Source: Candidatus Peregrinibacteria bacterium
GTDB taxonomy: Bacteria > Patescibacteriota > Gracilibacteria > UBA1369
Assembly: GCA_963708185.1 (NCBI GenBank)
Contig: OY970195.1
Span: 128,001 to 192,000, forward strand
Direction: 5' to 3'
DNA: 64,000 nucleotides
A model generated the notes under the pieces. The model was not told where the DNA came from, did no database searches, and was given only the letters and a program-made list of their open reading frames with translations. Positions 17,631 to 27,576 of this stretch are shown piece after piece. Made by a program: the position numbers and the translations under genes. Position 1 is the stretch's first letter. The number at the start of each line of letters is the position of its first letter.

Positions 17631-18797
17631 ATGAAGAAAAGTTTTTCAGTTCAGAAATTCGGGAAGTTGTTGGCAGGCTGGTATGAACTGAACCGTCGCG
17701 ATCTTCCGTGGCGCAGGACGCATGATCCGTATAAGATCTGGGTTTCAGAGATCATGCTCCAACAGACGCAGGTGGAACGGGTCAAGGAGTACTATGCCCG
17801 GTTTTTGAAAAAGTTTCCGAAGGTTGAAGATCTGGCTGCGGCTTCGTGGGAAGACGTCCTGGACTCTTGGCGCGACCCGGTTTTTCCGGGTACCCCGCAA
17901 GTCATTGCTTCGCAACGCCGCGGGCTGGGCTACTACCGCCGCGCCCGCAATATGCATCAAGCCGCACAGGTGATCGTGAAAGATTTTGGCGGCAGGTTTC
18001 CGAACCGCTACGATGAATTGCAGAAACTCCCCGGTGTGGGGTCGTATACCGCCGCGGCCATTGCAGCTTTTGTTTATGATGAAAAAGTTCCGGCCCTGGA
18101 TACCAATATCTCCAGGGTTTTTGAAAGAGTCTTTGGCGATCAGTGGAAGAACTTGAAGCCTTCGGAACGTTTTGATTTTGCCCGTATATATATAGGAGTA
18201 ATGGAGTCCAGGGATTTTAACTATGGGCTCATGGATTTGGGGGCGCTCGTGTGTAGCGCCCGTCAGCCGAAATGCCAGGAGTGTTGTTTTAGGAAAGTTT
18301 GCGATTTTGCTCTTTCGGGCGGCCCGGCGTCGGATTTGGTTTTAGCGGATGGCTTTCAAGGTAGATATCGGGGCGGCAGGCTGAACGTGGCTCAGACTGG
18401 GGTAAAAGTCGCTGTCGGTGTCCTCATCCACGAAGGAAAAATTTTGATCTGTAAAAGACCCCGTGGGAAAGCGCTTGCCGGATTGTGGGAGTTCCCGGGT
18501 GGTAAACTGGAGTATGGAGAAGACGAACGAAAGTGTCTCAAACGGGAGTTCATGGAAGAGCTGGGGATTGAGGTTTCCGTTCGTCCGCATTTTTACAAGA
18601 CAACGACCGAACAAGACGATATGGAAGTCTGTTTGAGTTTTCATCGCTGCAGTCTGTTGTTGGGCAGTCCCAAAAGTCTGGAAAAACAGGAGTTCAGATG
18701 GGTCAGGGTCGATGAACTTGAAGATTTTGAATTCCCTCAGGCCAATCAGGAAATTTTGAGTGTTCTCAAGGAAAAACCGGCGATGTTTCTCGTCTAA
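17631..18797 (+). CDS. mutY: A/G-specific adenine glycosylase MutY fused to an intact Nudix (MutT-like) domain
   Basis: RDLPWR, WVSEIMLQQTQV, GLGYY, LPGVGSYTA, CX6CX2CX5C Fe-S motif, Nudix box GKLEYGEDERKCLKREFMEELG. Confidence 0.9.
   Translation: MKKSFSVQKFGKLLAGWYELNRRDLPWRRTHDPYKIWVSEIMLQQTQVERVKEYYARFLKKFPKVEDLAAASWEDVLDSWRDPVFPGTPQVIASQRRGLGYYRRARNMHQAAQVIVKDFGGRFPNRYDELQKLPGVGSYTAAAIAAFVYDEKVPALDTNISRVFERVFGDQWKNLKPSERFDFARIYIGVMESRDFNYGLMDLGALVCSARQPKCQECCFRKVCDFALSGGPASDLVLADGFQGRYRGGRLNVAQTGVKVAVGVLIHEGKILICKRPRGKALAGLWEFPGGKLEYGEDERKCLKREFMEELGIEVSVRPHFYKTTTEQDDMEVCLSFHRCSLLLGSPKSLEKQEFRWVRVDELEDFEFPQANQEILSVLKEKPAMFLV
17871..17922. repeat. 48-bp in-frame palindromic insertion in mutY bounded by CGCG direct repeats
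   Basis: Adds RDPVFPGTPQVIASQR inside W-x-GLGYY; hairpins acccgg-ttttt-ccgggt and ttgc-ttc-gcaa. Confidence 0.6.
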
Positions 18798-18941
18798 AAT
18801 TTTTTTCATTCTTTTGTTTGTAAATTTCGTTCCGGGAGTCTGGAATTTTTTTGCCAACGGTGCTATACTAATGTGATATGGATTTTACGACTTCGGCGAC
18901 AGTACTTTTTTAACAGGGGATTAAAAAACAAACACAAAAAT

Positions 18942-20141
18942 ATGAAGGTTTTAATGTACGGATGGGAATTCCCACCCAAAAACACTGGAGGTCTCGGGAC
19001 GGCATGCGAGGGCATCGTTCACGGACTCGCGAAAAACGGGGTTCAGGTGAACCTTGTTCTTCCGGATTCCGACGGGATTGAAAGCGAAGAGGCGGAGATC
19101 ATCCAGGCCGGGACTGTGGAAATGGCTCCGAACATCAAGAAGATTCTGTTCCGGACTTTTTTCCGTGCCTACGATTCCGAACAGACCTACCGAAAGCGTT
19201 TCGGCAAAAAGAATTTCATCAAGAATTATCTCAGCGGGAACCTTCTGGACGATGTTCGCGTGTATGCCGAAGAAGCCGGAGGCATTGCCGGAGAAGTGGA
19301 ACATGATGTCATTCACGCCCATGACTGGATGACCTATCCCGCGGCCATGATCGCCAAAAAGATTTCCGGGAAACCTTTCGTCGCCCACATCCACGCCACG
19401 GAATACGATCGCAGCGGAGACAATCCGCATCCCGTCATCGCTCAGATCGAAAAGCTGGGACTGCAATACGCGGATAAGGTCATCGCCGTTTCGCAGTTCA
19501 CGAAAAACAGGATCGTAGAGCATTTCGGTATCGATCCCAATAAGATTGTCGTGATCCATAATGCAGTCACCAAGAGTTTTCAGAAAATGCAAACCGCGAG
19601 GCTCAACCAGCAAGGGAAAACCGTTTTGTTTCTCGGGCGCGTTACGATGCAGAAGGGTCCTGAATATTTTCTGCACGCCGCCAAAAAAGTTTTGAGCGTC
19701 GAACCCGGTACGAAGTTCGTGATGGCGGGTGACGGGGACATGATGGGGAGAATGCTTCATCTGGCCCATGACCTCGGCATTGAACGGCATGTGCTTTTTG
19801 CGGGTTTCTTGCGCGGGCACGACGTTGACCGGATGTTCCAGTCCACGGATCTTTTTGTGATGCCTTCTGTTTCCGAACCTTTCGGCATTGCAGCGCTTGA
19901 AGCCATTCATAACGGGACCCCCGTGGTGATTTCAAAACAGTCCGGAGTTTCGGAGGTTATTCCCAATATGCTCAAAGTGGATTTCTGGGATATCGATGAA
20001 ATGGCCAACAAGATCGTGATGGCCTTGCGCCACGACGTGCTTTCGCAGGAGCTTTTGCGCATGTCCAAGCACGATCTGGAGAAACTTTCCTGGGAAAACA
20101 GTGCACGAAAAATTAAAGACCTTTACGCCTCCATAGCATGA
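18942..20141 (+). CDS. Glycosyltransferase family 4 (alpha-glucan/glycogen synthase-like)
   Basis: GWEFPP..GGLG, HAHDWMT, HATEYDR, MPSVSEPFGI. Confidence 0.9.
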   Translation: MKVLMYGWEFPPKNTGGLGTACEGIVHGLAKNGVQVNLVLPDSDGIESEEAEIIQAGTVEMAPNIKKILFRTFFRAYDSEQTYRKRFGKKNFIKNYLSGNLLDDVRVYAEEAGGIAGEVEHDVIHAHDWMTYPAAMIAKKISGKPFVAHIHATEYDRSGDNPHPVIAQIEKLGLQYADKVIAVSQFTKNRIVEHFGIDPNKIVVIHNAVTKSFQKMQTARLNQQGKTVLFLGRVTMQKGPEYFLHAAKKVLSVEPGTKFVMAGDGDMMGRMLHLAHDLGIERHVLFAGFLRGHDVDRMFQSTDLFVMPSVSEPFGIAALEAIHNGTPVVISKQSGVSEVIPNMLKVDFWDIDEMANKIVMALRHDVLSQELLRMSKHDLEKLSWENSARKIKDLYASIA

Positions 20142-21349
20142 AAAACCTGTGTTTTTATTTTGAAGTCCACCAGCCGTATCGTGTTTCTCGCTATTCCGTG
20201 TTCGACCTCGGAACGGGCAAGCAATATTTTGAAGGGCCGGAAAACGTCAGCAACCGAAAGGTTTTCGAAAAAGTCGCCAACAAGTGCTACCTGCCTGCCA
20301 ACCGTCTGTTTCTGGAGTTGTTGAAACAATATCCGGGAATGAAGATCAGCTACAGCATCACCGGAGTTTTTCTGGAACAGTGCCGGCAGTTCGGAGAGAT
20401 CGGTCAGGAGGTCCTGAAGTCTTTCCAGGATCTTGCTCAAACAGGGAAGGTAGAGTTTCTTGCCGAAACGTATTACCACTCGTTAGCTTCGATTTATTCG
20501 CCCAAGGAGTTCAAGCGTCAGGTCGCCAGGCATTCCAGGCTCATCCGCAAGCTTTTCGGACAGCAACCGAAAGTGTTCCGCAACACCGAGCTGATCTATA
20601 ACAACGACATTGCGCGGCTGGCGAAGGAAATGCATTTCAAGGGCGTACTGATGGAAGGCTGGGATTATGTTTTGCAGGGGCTTTCGCCAAACTACGTCTA
20701 CCGCGCTCCCGAAGAGTATGTGAAAAGCCGCACGTTCGGTCTGCTTCTGAAAAATTACCGTCTGTCCGACGATATGGCGTTCCGTTTTTCCAATAAGCAA
20801 TGGAAGGAACATCCTTTGACCGTCGACAAGTTTCTCCACTGGGTGGATCAATGTGACGGTGACAGCGTCAATTTGTTCATGGATTATGAAACCTTCGGTG
20901 AGCATCAGTGGGAAGACACGGGAATCTTTGAGTTCCTGCGTCATCTGCCCAAGGGATGCGCTGACAGGGGGATTGGTTTCAAGACGCCTTCCGAAGTCCT
21001 GGCTTCTTCCACCACACAAGGAGTTTTGGACGTGAAGTATTATCTTTCCTGGGCAGACATGGAGCGCGATCTTTCGGCGTGGCTCGGAAACGATCTTCAG
21101 CGCGCATGTCTACAGCGAGTGTTTGACCTGGAGGAGAAAGTGATGAAAACTAAGAAGAGAAAGCTCATGGATATCTGGAGAAAACTCCAGACCTCGGATC
21201 ATTTTTACTACATGTCCACGAAATACTGGAACGATGGTGACGTCCATAAATATTTTTCTCCGTTCGAGTCCCCGTACGACGCCTTCATGAGCTACATCAA
21301 CGTTCTTACCGATTTTGAACATACGCTTCAAGCCTATGCCGCAAACTGA
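20138..21349 (+). CDS. Glycoside hydrolase family 57 (alpha-amylase-like)
   Basis: FEVHQP, ETYYHSL, FRNTEL, DYETFGEHQW, SDHFYYM. Confidence 0.92.
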   Translation: MKNLCFYFEVHQPYRVSRYSVFDLGTGKQYFEGPENVSNRKVFEKVANKCYLPANRLFLELLKQYPGMKISYSITGVFLEQCRQFGEIGQEVLKSFQDLAQTGKVEFLAETYYHSLASIYSPKEFKRQVARHSRLIRKLFGQQPKVFRNTELIYNNDIARLAKEMHFKGVLMEGWDYVLQGLSPNYVYRAPEEYVKSRTFGLLLKNYRLSDDMAFRFSNKQWKEHPLTVDKFLHWVDQCDGDSVNLFMDYETFGEHQWEDTGIFEFLRHLPKGCADRGIGFKTPSEVLASSTTQGVLDVKYYLSWADMERDLSAWLGNDLQRACLQRVFDLEEKVMKTKKRKLMDIWRKLQTSDHFYYMSTKYWNDGDVHKYFSPFESPYDAFMSYINVLTDFEHTLQAYAAN

Positions 21350-22139
21350 AAATAAACATATTTTGGGTGTCGATCTTGGCGGGACCAAAATTCATGCGGC
21401 GCTGTATGATATGAAGGATTTTAAGGTTCTCAAGCAGCACCGCGTGTTGACCGAATCCAGAGACGGCCTGCAAAAAGTGCTGGAAAGGGTTGCGGGGGTG
21501 GTCAATGAGGTCGCCGATGAACAGACCGTTGCCGCCGGACTGTGCGTCCCGGGGTATTTCAATCCCAAAAGCGAAGTGTTGTGGCGGACGCCCAATATTC
21601 CTTTCAAAGAGCCGATGAATTTGGTGGAATTTTTTAAGACACGGGTCAAGCTTCCGATGGTTTTCGACAACGACGCGAACCTGTTCGCCTACGCTGAGTA
21701 CGAAAAGAACTGGAAAGGAAAGATCAAAGACATGATCGCCGTGGTGGTTGGAACCGGACTTGGCGGAGGTATTGTCATTGACGGAAAACTCTACCGTGGA
21801 GCGAACGGTTTTGCCGGTGAGTTCGGCCATGCCAGTTTCGGTTTTGATCACGAATTTGAAGATTTTGTTTCCGGACGGGGGGATGTTTCTCAACTGGGGA
21901 AATATCTCGGGCTTCTTTTGAGCGACGTCGTCCATGTTTTCAATCCTGAAGTGATCGTGCTCGGCGGTTCGGTGGCGACGCATACTTTTGCCGGTTTGGA
22001 AAAAGAGATCTGGGACCGTATTCGTGCCAGGAACGTTGAAGAGAGCTACAGAAATCTTAAGATCACCCTTTCCACCCTTGAACATCCGGCAACGCTCGGT
22101 GCCGCGCTTTTAGCCCTTGAATCTTACGATCATGCCTAG
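21336..22139 (+). CDS. ROK-family sugar kinase (glucokinase)
   Basis: GVDLGGTK, DNDAN, GTGLGGG, GEFGH; lacks the Cys-rich Zn motif. Confidence 0.88.
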   Translation: MPQTENKHILGVDLGGTKIHAALYDMKDFKVLKQHRVLTESRDGLQKVLERVAGVVNEVADEQTVAAGLCVPGYFNPKSEVLWRTPNIPFKEPMNLVEFFKTRVKLPMVFDNDANLFAYAEYEKNWKGKIKDMIAVVVGTGLGGGIVIDGKLYRGANGFAGEFGHASFGFDHEFEDFVSGRGDVSQLGKYLGLLLSDVVHVFNPEVIVLGGSVATHTFAGLEKEIWDRIRARNVEESYRNLKITLSTLEHPATLGAALLALESYDHA

Positions 22140-24132
22140 ATCACTCGTCATCGGCAACGGCACGATCCTGGTGACTCTTGATAAGAGGGGATTGATTCAC
22201 GATTTTTATTTTCCTTACGTCGGGATGGAGGACCAGACGACGTTCGGTCATTATCACCGCGTGGGGCTTTTCGAGGAAGGAACCAAAGCGTTCACCTGGA
22301 TTACCGATCCTCACTGGAGCGCCAGCAACAGCTACGTTGGCGAAACCCTCGTGGGGCAGACGGTCTTAACTTCTGAAGAATGGAAGGTCCAGCTGACTTT
22401 CGTGGATTTCGTCCACCCGCTTGAGGACGTGGTCTGCCGGAAAGTAACCGTTAAAAATTTGATGGGACATTCGCGAAAATTCCGGTTGTTTTTCAATTTT
22501 GATTTCCATATTTACGGGGTGAAGGGGAACGATACCGTGTATTATTCCCCGAAATCGAACAACATCATTTTTTACAAGTTCAACCGTTATTTCCTCATCG
22601 ATGCCAAGAACGGCAAGAAGGGGATGGACCAGTATGCTACCGGTAAGGCCGAGTATCGCGGACTGGAAGGGACCTGGCGCGACGCTGAAGACGGTGAGCT
22701 TTCCGACCACCCGATAGAACAGGGTTCCGTGGACGCCACCTTCGGGATGCATTTTGAGGTTCCTGCGAACGGCGAACACTCCCTTTACGTCTGGATCTGC
22801 GCCGGCGAAAGTTTTAACGACGTTGAACGCGTGAATTCGAAAACAAGAAATCTGGGACTCGACGAAATGCTCGATTATACCCGCAATTACTGGAAAAGCT
22901 GGATAAACAAGCAGAATTTCGATTTTACCGGCGTGAGTCCGGACATGGTGAAACTTTTCAAGCAGAGCCTGTTGATTATCAGAACCCAGATCGACAACCA
23001 CGGGGCGATCATCGCGGCCAACGATTCGGAAATCATGAAGTTTAACAAGGATACTTACAGCTACATGTGGCCTCGTGACGCTTCACTCGTGGCACAAAGT
23101 CTGGACGCTACAGGCTACGGAGAAATAACGAAACGTTTTTTCAAGTTCTGTCAGAAGGTCCAGACCAAACAGGGGTATCTTCTCCATAAATACAATCCCG
23201 ACGGGTCGCTGGGGTCTTCCTGGCATCCGTGGCTGTACAAAGACCATTATCAGGTTCCGCTCCAGGAGGATGAGACGGCTCTTCCGTTGATCGCGTTGGC
23301 CAATCACTACAAGCACAATCATGACATTGAGTTCGCCCAGACGATTTTCGATACCTTCGTTTCCAAGGCCGCGCACTTTTTGATGGAGTATGTGGACCAG
23401 CGCAGCGGCCTTCCGTTGCCGAGTTATGATTTATGGGAGGAACAAAAAGGGATTTTCAGCTATACCTGTTCAACCGTCTATGGCGGCTTGATGGCAGCTG
23501 CCTATCTCGCCAACATTGTGGGGCACGATGAACATGCGCGGAAATATACCCTGGCTGCGGCAAGAGTGAAAAAAGCGATGCTGGCCAATTTGTATTGTAC
23601 GGACCACGATCATTTCGTGAAGAAGCTGGAAAGGAACGAAGACGGAACGTTGGTGAAGGATTGCAAGGCTGATGCGAGTGTCGCCGGGATTTTTTTGTTC
23701 GGGGTCTTGCCGGCGGATGATCCGAAGGTTGTGAATACCATGAAGTACATCAAAGAAAAACTTTCGGTCAAAACTCATATCGGAGGATTGGCGCGATACG
23801 AAAGAGACAGTTATCAGGCTGTTGAAAACTACCCTCCCGAGGTTCCCGGGAACCCCTGGATCATTACCACGCTTTGGTATGCCGAATGGCTGATGATGAT
23901 TTCCAAGAATGTTGATTCCACCGAGTTCAAGGAAGCCATGGATCTTTTGAATTGGGCCACCAAGCAGGCCGATACCACCGGCGTACTCCCCGAACAGCTC
24001 AATCCTTATACCGGTGAACATCTTTCCGTCGCGCCGTTGACCTGGAGTCATTCCACCTATGTGGACGCCATCATGCTCTACCGTCAAAAGCTGACTGATT
24101 TTGGTATATGTATCAACTGCATGATAGAATAG
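22132..24132 (+). CDS. Glycoside hydrolase family 15 (glucoamylase-like)
   Basis: YSYMWPRDA, QEDET, YDLWEE, GLARYE, LPEQ, PLTWSH. Confidence 0.9.
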   Translation: MPRSLVIGNGTILVTLDKRGLIHDFYFPYVGMEDQTTFGHYHRVGLFEEGTKAFTWITDPHWSASNSYVGETLVGQTVLTSEEWKVQLTFVDFVHPLEDVVCRKVTVKNLMGHSRKFRLFFNFDFHIYGVKGNDTVYYSPKSNNIIFYKFNRYFLIDAKNGKKGMDQYATGKAEYRGLEGTWRDAEDGELSDHPIEQGSVDATFGMHFEVPANGEHSLYVWICAGESFNDVERVNSKTRNLGLDEMLDYTRNYWKSWINKQNFDFTGVSPDMVKLFKQSLLIIRTQIDNHGAIIAANDSEIMKFNKDTYSYMWPRDASLVAQSLDATGYGEITKRFFKFCQKVQTKQGYLLHKYNPDGSLGSSWHPWLYKDHYQVPLQEDETALPLIALANHYKHNHDIEFAQTIFDTFVSKAAHFLMEYVDQRSGLPLPSYDLWEEQKGIFSYTCSTVYGGLMAAAYLANIVGHDEHARKYTLAAARVKKAMLANLYCTDHDHFVKKLERNEDGTLVKDCKADASVAGIFLFGVLPADDPKVVNTMKYIKEKLSVKTHIGGLARYERDSYQAVENYPPEVPGNPWIITTLWYAEWLMMISKNVDSTEFKEAMDLLNWATKQADTTGVLPEQLNPYTGEHLSVAPLTWSHSTYVDAIMLYRQKLTDFGICINCMIE

Positions 24133-24153
24133 TGCTGTTTTTCCGAATTTACC

Positions 24154-24615
24154 ATGAGCGGTAACCACATCGATAAAGAAGTAATTTTCACCTTCCTGGA
24201 AAATCACAGGCTGGGTACTCTTTGTACGGTTTCACGCGACGGTGGTCCGGACGGCGCGGCCGTTTACTATTTCATCGACAAAGGTTTCAACATCTTTTTC
24301 ATCACGAAAACCAATACCGAAAAATACAAGGAGATCCGTCAAAACCCTGATGTCGTCTTGGTCGTCGTCGACGAAAATACGAAGGACATTGCCAAGATCA
24401 GAGGAAAAGCTTCAGCACTTACCGATCAAAAAGTCATTACGGGCCTTTTTGAAAAACTTGCCGATAAACTCAATACCGGTGAGACGTTTGATACCGTCCT
24501 GCCGATATTAAAGCGTGAAGGCGGAAACATAAGCGCGATAAAAATAACGTGCAAATCGATTCGTATGAGCCGTTATGGCGGAGAAGATCTACAGGAAGAA
24601 ACAGTCTATTTTTAA
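24154..24615 (+). CDS. Pyridoxamine 5'-phosphate oxidase-like flavin-binding protein
   Basis: LGTLCTV..G.P, T.KYKEIRQNPDV split-barrel pattern. Confidence 0.75.
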   Translation: MSGNHIDKEVIFTFLENHRLGTLCTVSRDGGPDGAAVYYFIDKGFNIFFITKTNTEKYKEIRQNPDVVLVVVDENTKDIAKIRGKASALTDQKVITGLFEKLADKLNTGETFDTVLPILKREGGNISAIKITCKSIRMSRYGGEDLQEETVYF

Positions 24616-24739
24616 ACCAGGACGGAAAAAACATAATAATTGTGCCGTCAATATTTTTTCCGGGCTGAAATTTGCTTCGAAGTATCATTGATGATACCTA
24701 TTTAGAGAAAGCAGCCTTATTCCATATTTTATAAAAAAT

Positions 24740-25801
24740 ATGAAAAATAATTTGTCGCGGTTCGTTACTGCCGCATCCTTTTCACTTGTGGCGAGTTTGG
24801 CTTTTAGCTCCTCGCTGGTTTTTGCCACGACCGTCGGGACGGATGTGACGACCAATAATTTGACGGTCAACGGAGCATTGACGTTGGCTTCACCGCTTGA
24901 TGTCGCCCAGGGGGGCACGGGGACCAATACTGCATTTACTCAGGGTTCCCTGGTGTTTGCCGGACCATCCGGGGTTTATTCGGAAAATAATAGTGGTCTT
25001 TTCTGGGACGATACCAATCAATATTTCGGTATCGGTACCTCGACACCGGGCGCATATGTGGACATCCAAACCCCGCCCGTTACCGATGCTCCAGCCTTCA
25101 ATCTCAATCTTGCGGACTACGGCTATAACTGCTGCGGTATTCCGGCCTTCAACCTTTCCAACGGATCCGACGGCGATGTCTTCAGCATCTATGAACGCGG
25201 CCGTGTGACGATCAATGACTACGCCGGCGGTTTTCAACCGGGATTAGCGATCAACTCCATGAACGGAGGCGATGCCATCAAGACAACCGGCGGCGCTGTT
25301 TATTTTAATGACAGCTCAAATTACGATACGAATATCAACACAGGCAGCTCGAATGGATCAGTCTATCTCGGAGGTGGTAGTGCAGACGTGGTCGTCGATT
25401 CCAACACCTGGGATATCAGCTCTGGAGGTCTTATCTCCGGTGCATCCGGCAACATTTCTCAATGGACGAATGACAGCAATTACATCACTGCAGCCAGTGT
25501 GCCAGCTAATGAAACAGACCCAATTTACAGCGCGAATACTTTTGCAACAGGTATGAACCAGGGAGTCACGACGGCTGACAGTCCGACCTTCGTGAACGTT
25601 ACCGCCAGCTTGACGGGTAATGCTGATACGGCAACGACTGCAACAAGTGCAACGACCGCAGGTACAGTCACGGCAGCAGCTCAACCTGCAATCACATCGG
25701 CAGGCGGTCTGACTGCGACGATTAATACAGTAAAGTCGGATGGAACAACACCGTGCTCCATCGACGTGGCAGGCGGTATTATTACCTCTTCAAGCTGTTA
25801 G
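24740..25801 (+). CDS. Secreted beta-rich surface protein with tail-fibre-like motifs
   Basis: Signal peptide ending VFA; LDVAQGGTG, GIGTSTP, SQWTNDSNYIT, ETDP, LTGNADTAT; terminal Cys pair. Confidence 0.7.
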   Translation: MKNNLSRFVTAASFSLVASLAFSSSLVFATTVGTDVTTNNLTVNGALTLASPLDVAQGGTGTNTAFTQGSLVFAGPSGVYSENNSGLFWDDTNQYFGIGTSTPGAYVDIQTPPVTDAPAFNLNLADYGYNCCGIPAFNLSNGSDGDVFSIYERGRVTINDYAGGFQPGLAINSMNGGDAIKTTGGAVYFNDSSNYDTNINTGSSNGSVYLGGGSADVVVDSNTWDISSGGLISGASGNISQWTNDSNYITAASVPANETDPIYSANTFATGMNQGVTTADSPTFVNVTASLTGNADTATTATSATTAGTVTAAAQPAITSAGGLTATINTVKSDGTTPCSIDVAGGIITSSSC

Positions 25802-25844
25802 TCATTGCCATTTTGGTTCAGTAGATGCTGTTTCTTCATTGATT

Positions 25845-26240
25845 ATGAAACCGAAAAAATTTATCACTCTTGCAACGATTACTCTCTTGACCGGGGTTGG
25901 AGCCGGATGTTCGGCTCCACAACCCGGTCAAGCTGGGACTCAACAAATTCCAGGGCAAACCCAGCAACAGCTTTCGGCTGAAGACCAGAAAACACTGGAT
26001 CAGCTGAAAAAAATCATTCTTTTACCTGACAATATTACTCCGGAAATGCGTGTCGTCACCGACGCGGAAGCACTCAAAAAGAACGAACCTGTCTTCTTCC
26101 ACGATGCTCAAAACGGAGATGTGCTGGTGATTTACTCCGATGTGGCCATTCTCTACGATCCGTCTGCGAATAAAATTCTCCATATCGGACCGGTTCAGAA
26201 TTCACCAACAAATTCATCAACACAACAGCAAGCGTCATAA
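25845..26240 (+). CDS. Putative lipoprotein of unknown function
   Basis: MKPKK, hydrophobic stretch and GAGC lipobox; Q-rich linker; FF..AQNGD..IY..AILY.P..KI motif. Confidence 0.7.
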   Translation: MKPKKFITLATITLLTGVGAGCSAPQPGQAGTQQIPGQTQQQLSAEDQKTLDQLKKIILLPDNITPEMRVVTDAEALKKNEPVFFHDAQNGDVLVIYSDVAILYDPSANKILHIGPVQNSPTNSSTQQQAS

Positions 26241-26301
26241 CGCAGGAGGCGGAGGAGACGCGGTAATCAACAATTCCTTATAAACCCTAATAAAAATCAG
26301 A

Positions 26302-27460
26302 ATGAATACTCTTCAAAGAACTAAAAATTTACTGATTCGTTCGGTTGTATTCCTGTTGATAGCGTTTCCTATGCAGGCTTTTGCCTTGAACGACGTTCAG
26401 ATTACGGACAATACTGATTTTCAACTCAATACCGTCGATACCTCGACGCCCACCACCATCACGGCGGCAGCGGGCGGCCAGGCGACCAACTTTGTAGTCC
26501 AAACGAACTACATGGATATCACTCTCGATTCGGGATCAAATGTTTCTTTCTCAACGACAGCTCCAAACACATATTTGAGGATCACATTCCTCTCCGGTTC
26601 TTCGGCGTACACCATCAACCCTGTTTGTCCCTCAACCAATGTCACGTTGACCGGAACCGGCGGGCAAGCCTTGATACGTGTACAAGTCTACACTACTGAC
26701 ATTTGCACCGGCGGGGGTGCTCCTCCAGCCGGCGGCGGCGGTGGCGGCGGTGGTGGAGGCGGAGGCGGTGGGTCCGCTCAGATTTTAGCGCTTCAGAACA
26801 CGACTTCCGGTACTCAGCAGACTCAACAGGCAACACAGCAATCCCAGCAGCTGACGACAAATTTCTTTGACGATACGAGCGGCCATTGGGCTGCAAGACT
26901 ATGTAGAAACCATTCACGAAAAATGCGGTATAGACGGATACAAAGACGCTCAGGGTAATCCTCTCCATGAGTTCAAACCTGACAGTACGATCACCCGTCG
27001 CGAACTCGTTATGATGGTTCTGCAATGTAAAAACAACAACCAGGTTGCGACTGCTCAATCGGCTCCGTTTCCAGATGTGACAACGGACATGTGGGGAGTC
27101 GACCAGATCGCCCAGGCTCAAAGTGACGGCATTATTTCGGGCTATCCCGACGGAACTTTCGGTCCGGACAAAAACGTCATCCGTGCTGAAGCTTCAAAGA
27201 TTATTGAATTAGCGGATCATGTCATGACAGAAATTTCCAGCAGCGACGTATCGGTCCTGTCGGTCTTTAAGGACGTTGATCCAAATGCCTGGTACGGTGG
27301 TTTTGTAGCCTATGGAGTTGTAAATCATTACTTTGCGGGTTACATGGATGCTTCCGGAAACCTGACCGGTGATTGGGGTCCGGCGAATAATCTTACCCGT
27401 GCCGAAGCAGCCAAAATCATCGCCAATGTTTTCGGCCTCAGTACCACTTCGACGCTCTAA
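26302..27460 (+). pseudogene. S-layer homology (SLH) domain protein, split by a +1 frameshift near 26893 (possible sequencing error)
   Basis: Signal peptide (AFA), poly-Gly linker, then FDDTSGHWA | QDYV...GY..F.PD..ITRRE continuing in the other frame; two more SLH repeats (GYPDGTFGPD..IRAE, LTRAE). Confidence 0.75.
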
Positions 27461-27491
27461 AGAGATCCGTTCCATCAGAGAAATAATTTTT

Positions 27492-27520
27492 AAAGCCCGC
27501 TTCAATTGAGGCGGGCTTTT
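27492..27520. terminator. Bidirectional intrinsic terminator
   Basis: aaagcccgcttcaattgaggcgggctttt between convergent genes. Confidence 0.8.
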
Positions 27521-27576
27521 GAGATCTTTCCCAAAATTTGACCGGCAGCGATTTTTTGATGTCCGTCAGTTGAAAA

